NCBI GenBank assembly: GCA_965649825.1
Contig: OZ287702.1
Location: 1,342,786 to 1,406,785, forward strand
DNA length: 64,000 nucleotides
Reading direction: 5' to 3'
DNA from: Penicillus capitatus
Taxonomy: Eukaryota; Plantae; Chlorophyta
Shown here in pieces: positions 39,250 to 50,278 of this stretch. The position numbers were made by a program, and so were the translations under genes. Each line of letters begins with the position of its first letter. Position 1 is the first letter of the stretch. The notes beneath the pieces were generated by a model that was not told the origin of the DNA, ran no database searches, and saw only the letters and a list, made by a program, of their open reading frames with translations.

Positions 39250-40220
39250 ATGGAACAGAAGCCATGTTTGTGGAAACCCGATTCCTACGCGGAGAAAGCT
39301 TCCTTCGTTTTCCATCTGGTTGACGCGCTCGTCGAAATGCTCAACCCTTCTCCTGGTGCGCAATACGGACACAGAGACTTCTCAGAGAGTTCTTCGCGCA
39401 GGAGAGCGCATTCTGGATCTTGGCTGCGGGACAGGCGAGCTGACTCTCGTCCTGCAGCAACGCGGCTGCGAGGTTGTTGGTGTGGACCTCAGTCCAGAGA
39501 TGGTGGCAAAGGCAAGAGAGAAGGGCGTCGACGCGAGAGTGATGGACGGACACGCCATGACGTTCGAGGACGAGTTCGATGCTGTATTCTCAAACGCAGC
39601 GCTGCATTGGATGAGCGATGATCCTGGCCGCGTCGTCCAAAGTGAGCAAGCGCTTTCGGACTGACCATCTTGGCGACGATGTGTCGACGGGGTTCAGATG
39701 TCGCAAGAGCTCTGAAGAAGGGAGGAAGGTTCGTCGCCGAGTTTGGAGGAGAGGGAAACGTTCAGCAGATTACGAGTGCGATGTCCTCTGTCCTGGCTCG
39801 TCGAGGGAAAGAACTGCCTGAAATATGGTCTGGCCCTTTTTCTTAAGTAATTTTGAGATTGAAGAGGCTTGTGTCTTATGACAGGTACTTGCCTGCGAAA
39901 CAAAGCTATGTGCAGCTGCTAGAAGCAAATGGCTTCAAGGTTGAAGAGGCGGTACTGTTCGCGAGAGACACCCGTTGTCCTGCTGGTCCTACAGGATGGC
40001 TTGAAGTCTTTGGAGGTTTTTTCTTCAAAGGATTGCCGGAATCCGTGCACCAAAAGGTGTCGTCATCGCTGTTCCGATAATGTTTCTGGCGACAATCTTG
40101 TGTTTTTGTTTTTAGGTCATCAAGGAGATCGCATTCGAAATGGAACCTCTGCGTGTCGATGAAAACGGCGTTTACCTCGCTGACTACAAGAGGTTGAGGA
40201 TCCATGCTGTGAAAACGTGA
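39250..40220 (+). CDS. Class I SAM-dependent methyltransferase, copy A3 (intact)
   Basis: Same 5-exon structure; ERILDLGCGTG, FSNAALHWM, DYKRLRIHAVKT*. Confidence 0.92.
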
Positions 40221-41309
40221 AAAATGCTCAACAAGTACGTGCTAGGGCTGTCGGATCGACGAGCTTGCATATTCGTTTGGTTGCCGGCTGACTGATGACC
40301 ATAATGACCTTGACGAGGACGACTTTCCTTCTGATGTGACATGACATCTGAGTTTCAGGCTGTACCAACTTATCGTAACGATTGAGTTTTTTTGTCTCGG
40401 CTGTGTCTTTACAATTCAAAAAGTTTTCTTCTGTCTTTAGCGACTATTCGTGACGAACAAACCCCGAGATCTGTCCTGATGACCTTTCGGATCCAAAACT
40501 GCCGTCAACTGCATCCTTCACACATGACAAACTTGACCGCACCCAGTCAGATGCCTTCAATGTCACCATTGACTCGACATCAGCAAACATGAAAGCCGAT
40601 TGAAGTTGCTATACCGTCAAATCCTCCTAAAGAAGAAAAGGTTTCGGTTGAAAATCCGAGGCGAACAACAAGCCGTGTGTTTGACTCTTCTCGCTCTACA
40701 AAAATTGGCTAAGAATTCGTCATCTGTGCCACTGAGCAATTGTCATTACTTCGTTCTTTGAAACATCTCGCATCATGTATTCTAATATCACTGTTGTCTC
40801 TGGCCGAGCTTCATCTATTCTTAACATTGTAATTTTGTGACTCAATGGAACACTTGTACAATGTCTCGTTCGCTCCTGCAGTTTTCCAATCGCAAAACGA
40901 GAACGATGTCATCACATCTTGATCTACACAGTCCATCTGCCTCAGGGCCTCGATGCTCATCCAGGAAGGCCGAAAGGAAATTGCATTTCCGCTGGGAGTT
41001 CACTTCATGAAGACTGCCTCTCTCCCAATGAGACCAAACTGCTGCCTGCTTATATCCTCAAGCGCTCTGTAACCGTTATAAATTTGAAAGTCCAAAGAAA
41101 TCCTGGAATTTGAAACGTCAGTTTCACCGGTTGTTTGTTTTTTCACGACGGCGGCGGTTACAAGACGACTGTCGTATACAGCCAGTCTTGTTTGAATTCT
41201 TTACCTTTCTTGTTCTGCGTCTATGCTCCTTGCCAATGGACTTGTGGGATCTCATCGATGCGAGTTTGATTGCCTTCGTCGGCACAAGGGTCATCAAGAG
41301 CTTGTTGGA

Positions 41310-42605
41310 ATGGGATCGTTTCGAGTCGCGCAGAAGCGAGTCGCGCGTGCGTCCGTGCTCTCGTGCCATTCCCCTAGACGACCACGACTCCGACCATCCC
41401 GACTCCGATGTCGACTCCGATTGGTGACGCGGGCAACCTCGCAGCCGCGCCCGTCCGTAATGGTCAACAGCTGCACTGGAAAAGTCCGCCTCGCAGTGCA
41501 CGAAACGTGCCGTCCTGCAACACAATGCTCTTTTCAAGGTGGGCCGGGCTGCTGCGGAGGCCGTCCTGAAGGCGGGACTGCCACTGGTGCCTATGACCAT
41601 AACTGGTGAGCCGAGAGAGGTCACGGAGAAGCAAGGAATGGTGATTGACGGTCCAACCAAGACATCTGTTGAATTCATCGGCATCGAAGACAGGGAAACG
41701 CTCCTTCGAGAAATCAAACAAGACCATCCCGATTTGATCATCGTCGACTTCACTTTGCCTTCAGTTGTGAACGGTAGACCGCCTCGGAGATGGCACATTG
41801 CAGATGAGTGGATGGCCGAACAGAGAACGGGCAACTGTACGGGGACTTGGGTTTGAACTTTGTGATGGGCACAACGGGAGGGGACAGAGAAAAGCTCACG
41901 AAAGACGTTCATGATTCAGGGGTCTATGCCGTGATTGCACCTCAGATGGGAAAACAGGTGTCGCCGGAGTCATCCGCGAGAGACGCCGATCGTGGTGTCT
42001 GTCAGATTGTGGCGGTTCAAGCGATGCTGAAGTACATGAGCGACAGGTTTCCTGGTGCGTTTTCTGGCTACTCGCTTTCGGTCACGGAATCGCACCAATC
42101 TTCCAAAGTGGACACTTCTGGCACAGCAAAGGCCATTTCCTCGTTGTTTCTGAAACTCGGGGCTAAGATGGATCCGGTTCTGCCGATTCCGACTTCGACG
42201 AAGCGCGCATCTGACCATCGCTGTGTGGCAGGCGGAGATTGTGTCGATCCGCGATCCGGAGACGCAGATGAAGCACATGGGCGTCCCGAAAGAGGCTCTT
42301 TCTGGTCACTCTTCCCTGTGCATTGTCTCTGCGTCGAATGTGTCTCCTGCAGGCCATGGCTATCACACGTACCGCCTCTCCTCTCCCGACAACACCGTGA
42401 GCTTCGAATTTCAGCACAATGTCATAGGTGCGATATCCGATCGGACGATCCGTCCTTGCTGACATCTCGCGTGTCTTGAGGCCGTACGATTTACGCCGAG
42501 GGGACGGTGGATGCCGTTCTTTTCCTCGCGCGGCACATCGAACAGGGGACGCCGAAGAAGGTGTTCGACATGATCGACGTGTTAGAGGCAGGCTCCATGC
42601 GTTAG
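41310..42605 (+). CDS. DAPB: 4-hydroxy-tetrahydrodipicolinate reductase (plant-type, plastid-targeted), full copy
   Basis: Arg/Ser-rich transit peptide, VMVNSCTGKVGRAAAEA, VDFTLP, FVMGTTGGDRE, ESHQSSKVDTSGTAK, FEFQHNV, YAEGTVDAV. Confidence 0.93.
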
Positions 42606-44564
42606 TGCAGTTTTCGGGATACTGTTTTCTGTTGCCCCGTTTCTAGTCGAAAGATCTTCAACCGCCGACAGACTTCACCTGCTTGATTCATTCATTAACG
42701 CAACCCGAATTCCAATTCCTAAGATCGCCAATGCTGTAAGCCCGGGGCCCACTCTGGCTATTATCCCGCCGATAGGCGATGGCTGCGCTGGGCGAAGAGT
42801 GTGAAGGGAACCTACACCGCGAAGGTTGTCGCGTCTCGGCAGGAGTGTGCCGCACCCATAACGAGAGAAAGGACAATCAGTGCTCCCGCCTGGTGAGCCG
42901 AACCCAACCAGGTGGGTACGTGGTTGAGCAGCGTGAAGATTCCGAGGGTGCCTTGGACCAGAACGGCGCCGAACAGCTCTGCGGCCATCCACCTCTCAGA
43001 TGGGCATCGTACAGGGAGTGGCACCTATGAGGTACTGTCTTGAAATGGGATGCAGCTCCATGCTGCGCGATTTGAGAAAGAGAGCCACACTGCTAGCGCC
43101 GGTTGCCAGAGCCAACACCCTGGTGCGAAGGACGCGATATCTGCGTCTGGGCGGCATTCGGTCGCGGACCTGTGGTGCAGCTGAACGGAGGCTGTGTTCT
43201 CAAAGAGATGCTCTCTGGAGAAGACCCTCCGAGCGAAGTACTCTTCGGGGATCCAGTCCACGCCCATCTTTGGAAACGTGTTGTAGCTCCTTCCCGCGTC
43301 GTTGCCCGCGACAAACGCTCCCGAGATCGCCGTGATGCCAACCAGTCCTCCCAAAGGCATCAGCCACGATCTCAGTGGTCGGCTCTCTGGACGCGTCTCG
43401 CAGACAGAAGGCTTCTCCCACCGATGCCGTACCGCGTTGGATGACGAGAGAGGCAGATCGGAGGAGAGGACGGGGAGTGCGCAAGGAGAGCGTCGTCCAC
43501 AGGAGAAAGGAGTAGATCGCGAAGGCGGATGTGAGATGCGCCGCCAGACGGTAGGGGCTCACTCGAGGAACAGCCGTTTCGTTCCGAGGCTCTTCCAGTC
43601 CACTCTTCACCATCCACCAGCCCACGAGGCCCTGTGCGCCTCCCATCAGGAGCAGCAGGGCGATGCGTTGCCCCAGTGCAGGAGTGATGGCTCTCTTCGC
43701 CGCGAAGTAGAGTGCGGGTAGCCCTGGAAGGCAATTCGGCAACGTCTCGTGCACGGAACGTACCGAAGATCGCTCCGAGACATCTGCCCCACATTCGGTG
43801 AGCGTACTCCATCCAGTAGATGAACTTGAATTCCTCTAACGAGATGCTTCGATTGACTTTGTGAAACTCTGGACTCTGTCTGTATTTTTCGAACTCCGTC
43901 TCCCAGTCCGATGCCGTCAGCGGTGGACGTTCGCCTGTTCCATTCGGGCGACGATCGATCGAGAGATGCGGCCAAACGTCGGTCGCCCAACCTGTGAATT
44001 TCCAGTCTGTCATGGACAAGCCCGAACGCGTGAGACGTGTGACGCCGCCCAGTATGATCAACGTCGCCACGCCGAATGTGCTGGCACCGAACCAAGCGAC
44101 GAGACAGGATGCCAGTCGAGGAGAGATCCCATCCGGCAACAACGGGGCAGAACTCTGCACAAAACAGTCACCGTCATTCGATGACGTCTTCATAGGTGTG
44201 AGACGTATGGTCTTTGGCAGGACTGTCCAGGAGAGAAGACGGATCTGCCTCTCCCTGGAAATGGCCCTCGTCGAAACAACGACTTGTTTGCTTCTGTCAC
44301 TTCGCCGAAGAACAGACCCCGCGCATTCGATGCGCGACACGTGAGAGCCATCCATCGCTGCCAACCAGATCAGCGTTTTTCCGAAAGCGATCCCAATCCT
44401 GCCCCCGCACCTGAAGGTTTGTTGTCGAGAAGGAGCCTTTTAAAGACGGCGAGGACGTTAATCGAATGGCCCCTCTCCACGTTGTCCACGCATCGAGCAC
44501 TCGGGGCAGTTGTCGTCGCAACATCGTCTACGGTCAATCGTACACCTTCTGTCGCGTTGGTTGA
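41551..44564. repeat. Segmental duplication C2
   Basis: Inverted copy of 11324-14337. Confidence 0.95.
42812..44355 (-). CDS. COX15: Heme A synthase, copy 2
   Basis: Same exons as copy 1; amino-acid differences are concentrated in the N-terminal part. Confidence 0.95.
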
Positions 44565-45028
44565 AGTCCAAGAACGCGAGGCATTGCTCGGCAGATAACA
44601 GACCAGTTTTCCTGGGTACCGCGTTCCTTGAGGGATCCGTTAGGCGTGGCGATCTCTGCGACCCGTTCACGTGAAAACTAAGCTTTCAGTAGTTCAAGTA
44701 AAACGTGTAAAACGCTCCGAACGAAGGCGCCAGAGTTACCTCCTTCGAAAGAGTGTGTGTTGCGGTCTTCGCTCACAGAACGGCGACGTCAAAGTTTCTG
44801 TAGAGCCAGTCTCTGCGTGAGCATACTGCGGTGTTGTTTGCATAGTCTGGAATAAAGTATCGTAATAGGACTTATACGGCAGACCGTGCGTGCGCCGCAT
44901 CGCCGGAAGCCCTATTCGTTTATGCGATGCTGTTTTACTCGTCCTTGTCGTTCCAATCAAGGCCAAGCGGAAATCACATGCAGGACAAGGATCGCCCAGA
45001 GGACACGTCCGACGTGAGAGCCGTCCGT

Positions 45029-46744
45029 CTAGTGAAGAGTCCCGTTCGCGACATGCACAATTCCTTGTTCCCACAGAACCGCGCTCAACTCCAGTTTCTC
45101 CGCGTCTGATGCAAGGCGCAGATCTCGAATGCAGACGCCTGATGGACCACCGCCGAAGATCTGTTCCAAGGCTTCTTTCTTGCCGATGTCAAACACCACC
45201 GAACCATCCTCCTCTGTCTCGTCTAGAATCCAAACTTCAGCCTTCGTCCATTTACGCCATTTTCTCGCCTTCGTGGTTGTCTGGCTCTTCCCCGGCCGAT
45301 GACGCTTCATCGACCTGCATTGTATCGGATGGTATCAAGGCTTCCACTTCCGGATAGACCATCATATGGGATTGGGGATCGTTGGCAAAACAAGTGAGCA
45401 CTTGGATCATACCGTCCTCCACAGAACCGTCGTCTGCCAATACGGGCATCAGACGACAGTGACTGCTTCCCGTCAAGAGAAGGTTGTCTTCGAGCGTCGG
45501 ATACTGATCTGCAATCGTTCCCCTAGTGAAATGTGACCGGATTGCAAACGGCATGCCTTGTTTGGGGAGATCCTCGTCTTTTGGTGCCATGCGCGAAGTG
45601 ATGAATCCGTAAGCCATCGTATCCACTGTCCGTTTCAGGATCTCCGTGTTTTTCTCGACTGAATCGGCCAGATCTCTGAGTCGCTTTGCCAGTTCACGAG
45701 CAGCTGTGCGAGAGCTCTTTTGGTCTCCTGTGTAACATCCAGTATGGGACAGGAACCCGAACGGCAGTTCCTCTCTCATCGAGCTCGGCAAACAGACTGG
45801 TTCCGATCGTGCCTGCAAAACAGAGTGCGTCATACAAAATAGAGTGAGTGAGAGGTCTGTACAACCGACCATCAATGTCTCCTGCAGCACGGCAGATGTG
45901 ACATCTCCCCATGTCCACCGTTGATAGGTCGAAAGTGTGAGATGAACTGAGTCAGATCCCTGCGCCAGCGCTTGGTGCACCGTACCCTTCGGCATGTAGA
46001 GAACATCTCCCGGTTCCAATACCGCTTCCATTATCGGCTCTCCAATGACCTCCTGAGACAGATCATCGCTCGGGCCATTTGGCAGCACGAAGCCGTCGAG
46101 GGGGCGATACAGTTTCCATGCTTTCCTCCCTGTGCGAAGCATTACGAAGAATCCATATCGTTCGAGCTCTGGTGCCTTGAGTCTGACAGATGAAAAGTTC
46201 AACATCGTCGTGGTGTGGAGCTAGTCCTTGAGTATCCGAAGGGGTGATGTAGGCATTGCATCCGACTAGACATCCCACCTCGGACTCGAGGGACATACAG
46301 ATCTTCCGGATCTCGGGAACGAATCTTTGCGGCTGAAGAAGCTGCAACGTTGTGCCCGACGTGAAGAGATCTTGAACAGCGGTCCGGTCACAGACCTGAG
46401 CGACAGTGAGTGGGAAATCAAATATCTAAAGGACGAGAGACAGGTGCTGTCGGGCGTTCGCGTACGCCATTTTGATAACGCGCTGTCAAAATGTCGACGC
46501 CGAAGGCAAGGGGACGATCTTTAGCGTCAAGGATCGCATTAAATGTCTCCGTCGTGAAGAGTCGACGAAACTGCGCCGCCCTCTCCGGTGACGCCTTGAA
46601 CAGCGACGGACGTCTTCCCCAGATCTCCGACCCGAACGTTTCCGCAGCCTAGAAACACGAAAGCGAATGGCACATCGTCGTACGGGATAGGGCACGAGGG
46701 CAAACCTCTGGCCGAATCAGCCAAGAGAGAGTCGTGCGCTGCAT
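45029..46744 (-). CDS. JmjC ribosomal oxygenase (NO66/RIOX-like)
   Basis: LSWLIRPE, LAFGVDILTARYQNG, CNAYITPSDTQGLAPHHDDVE, LEPGDVLYMPKGTVHQA, HLTLSTYQRWTWGD. Confidence 0.9.
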
Positions 46745-46758
46745 GAGCGAAACGTGTT

Positions 46759-48754
46759 TCAAGATGCAATGTCCGTGACGTCGATGCCGGAAATCTGCCT
46801 CATGTCTTCGGCCTCTTGCAGATCTTTTAGCATTCGGACGCTGACGTTCGACATGGATCGCAGGACCTGTTGCTTGGTCTCTGCCAAAAGGCGCAGCTGC
46901 GTCTGCATGCTCTTCTTCAGTCTGCTGGAAACGAGTTGGACGATGTGAGGAAAGTGTGGCTGCAGTGTCACTTCCGTGCACTTCCTGAGCAAGAGCAGAA
47001 GATGGAGACATTTCTTAAGCAGGGCAAGGCGATCGGGTGCATTGATGCACTCAATGCGCTCTCTGTTCCCCGCGACATCGATCAGTTTCATGATAAGCCC
47101 CGAACGAACGAACACTTTGTCGCACGGAAGCAGCAGAGGTCGTGCGCACTTATGGTACACGAGCTCGTTGATGCAGGACAACGCATCCAGGAAGATCCTG
47201 GCGCCGTGTACTCGGATCTCCAGATTCGAACTGCCGATCCATTTGGGAACTGCTTCTTCGATCGTTTCCACAAGAGAGGGCATCCAATTCTGCTCTTCGC
47301 AGTACTCGGCGATCGGCGGATTCTGATGAACGCAGAGAGACAGAAAGTAGAGAGTGTCCTGCTCGCACTGTAAGAGGATCAGTGTTCTCTCCGCACGAGG
47401 AGCGTTCGTCAGGTGCGAAGGAGTCGAGCTCGGCAATTGTGATCGACACGCGCGTTTCGCAATATCCTCTGACACTTTGACTGCTCTCTTGATCCAGCCA
47501 GTTTCGAACAGATGCGAGCATTCTGCTCGGAAGATCTGGTAAGCGTTTGAGCAGTGGAGACGGCGAAGAAGGGAGTGGTAAGCGCGAACCACAATGCCCC
47601 AGTAAAGGCAGAAGGGCTCGGGACTCCTTTCAAGGGAATACCCATCGAGGTATATCACCAACCGCTGCGCCAGATTGTTCGTCCGTGTCCAGGTGAGAAC
47701 TTCCATCCCGAAACAGCTGTCGTCTACAGCGATGTAGTGCCAGAGGTTGAGAAAGTGAAGGATCTCTTGTTCGGCAGGGCCTGTCTGCGATCGCGCCTCC
47801 ACCTGTGCTCCCGCCGTCAGTAGTCTCTCTTTCAACAGATTCTTCGAAATCCGTGGATCTGCCATGCAGTATTCGTAGATTGTTTGGTTGATGCACTGGA
47901 GTCGTGTAGCGGAAGGTAACTGGATGGACTGAAACGAGAGACCGGCCAGAATCTCCATGAAGTCCATGCTTTCCAGCAGTGGCAGCAGCTCCGGCTGAAG
48001 ATCTCGATAGTGGCGTCCGTGAAGGAGCAGGCACAGTAGTCTCAGTATAGTTTCCTCTGCTTTTCCTTCACGGCCTTCCGGATGACGAAGGCCGTGGCTC
48101 AAACTACAAAGCACACAAGCGTGATATTCGTTCGCATCCTCTCTCGCACTCTCCATACTTTCGGCAGAGGACGGTCAAGGCGTCTGACGTCAAGAATCGC
48201 GCGGAGATCTCCGTCGACAGACGAAGTCGCTGCTCTCCAGGCAAACTGTGTTCGCAACGGCGATGCTGGCGGGTGTAGATCTGATGTCCTTCAGAGATCT
48301 CTACACCCGAGAGACAGCACAACAATGACGTCAATATCTCCATGCCCAGTCCATAGACCCACAGAGCTGACGATGACGTCATGACGTGCACGAGATCCAA
48401 AACCTCTGCCTTTGGTGCACAGTGTAAGAGACACTCGGGGTACCGCGTCGCGATGTGTTTCAGGAGTCGGAAGGGACTTCGGAACTCTTCCGAGGGTGGC
48501 ATCTGAAGCCATCGCTTCCAGTCGGGACAGGAGAAGAGGAATGGGCAGCCACAAGGGATGTGATTCCCGTCTGCGTCCTTAAGCAAGAAAGACGTCATTT
48601 CGTCCATACAGGCCTCGACGGTCTCTGCGTTCGTGCAGTCCTCTTCCAAAACCGATCGGACGATTGCGACGAACTTGTCGACGTTGAGTGCATCTTCATT
48701 AGCATCGCGCGTCTGTCTGGCGAGGTGATGAATTTCATCCGCGCTTAGCAACAT
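46759..48754 (-). CDS. Hypothetical Leu-rich, probably helical-repeat protein (~650 aa)
   Basis: ORFs 48104-48754 and 46759-48156 join in frame across a GT-AG intron (LCRN|LSHG); no family recognised. Confidence 0.6.
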
Positions 48755-49313
48755 CGTAGCGATACTTGAGCCGTGAGATGTCGTACAAAGCGTCCCACGA
48801 AATGCTCGTCAAATAGTCGTCATGTGATGATCTCTGTCTCTCCACAATCGGTCGATGCTGCCTCGGACTCGTTGTTCATCTAGGTTGTCTGTTAAACAGC
48901 ATTGAGATCAGGGCGTAAATATGATTTCTGGCGAAGTAGAGGTACTACTTCGCACATTGCATCTTGTCTATGAGCCCGTTGAGTTGGGAATTTGCACTTT
49001 ATGGTGTTGTCGAAAGATCAATGACTAACCTATTCTTACACAGAGTCTATTGTCCGATCGGCGAAAAGTGATTCGTTTTCTAAGAGCAAACGAAAAGCAG
49101 GTAACGTAATAAAAAACCAAAGTGAAGACCATCGACTGACGACTTTGATTCTACGGCACTTCTTAGATCAGTCAATAGAGCTGATATCAGGTCGTCGGAG
49201 ATGTCACATCAAGAAGAAAGTCGTCGCCGTCACACTGGTCTTCAATCAGCCAGAACCAAGCCGAATACGCCAGTCCGCCGATCCGGTAGTCCATGTACTT
49301 CTTGGGCGATTTC

Positions 49314-50278
49314 TCACGTTTTCACAGCATGGATCCTCAACCTCTTGTAGTCGGCAAGGTAAACGCCGTTTTCATCGACATGTAGAGGCTCCATTTCGAC
49401 TGCGATCTCCTTGATGACCTAAAAAGACACAATTGTCGTCAGAACCATTATCGGGACAACGATGACCACACCTCTTTGTGCACAGATTCCGGCAATCCTT
49501 CGAGCAAGAAGCCTCCGAAGATTTCAAGCCATCCTGTAGGACCAGCAGGACAACGGGTGTCTCTCGCGAACAGTACCGCCTCTTCAACCTTGAAGCCATT
49601 TGCTTCTAGCAGCTGCACGTATCTCTGTTTCCCAGGAAAGTACCTGTCATAAGACACAAGCCTCTCCAATCTCGAAATTACTCGAGAAAGTGGGCCGGAC
49701 CAAACTTCGGGCAGTTCCTTTCCTCGACGCGCCAGGACAGAGGACATCGCATTCCTAATCTGCTGAATGGTTCCCTCTCCGCAGAACTCGGCGACGAATT
49801 TACCTCCCTTCTTCAGCGCTCTCGCGACATCTGCACCCCATCGTCACATCGTCGCCAAGGTGGTCATTCCGGGCGTGCTTGCTCGCTTTCGACGACGCGG
49901 CCGGGATCATCGCTCATCCAATGCAGCGCTTCGTTGGAGAATACAGCATCGAACTCGTCCTCGAACGTCATGGCGTATCCGTCCATCACTCTCACATCGA
50001 CGCCCTTCTCTCTTGCCTTCTTCACCATATCTGGACTGATGTCCACACCAACAACCTCGCAGCCGCGTTGCTGCAGGACGAGAGTCAGCTCGCCTGTCCC
50101 GCAGCCAAGATCCAGAATGCGCTCTCCTGCGCGAAGAACTCTCTGAGAAGTCGCAGCGATAGTTTGGTTCACCAGGAGAAGGGTTGAGCAATTCGACGAG
50201 CGCGTCGGCCAGCTGGAAAACGTAGGAGGCTTTCTGTGCGTAGGCGTCGGGGTTCCACGCGTAGGGCTTCCGTTCCAT
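49314..50278 (-). CDS. Class I SAM-dependent methyltransferase, copy A4 (intron 2 donor is GC)
   Basis: Same exon structure; the donor reads cgaaa|gcgagc instead of gtgagc. Confidence 0.85.

Noticed and set aside
44736-45074. 112-aa minus-strand ORF downstream of JmjC
   Set aside because: Overlaps the JmjC 3' end and UTR and has no recognisable motif.
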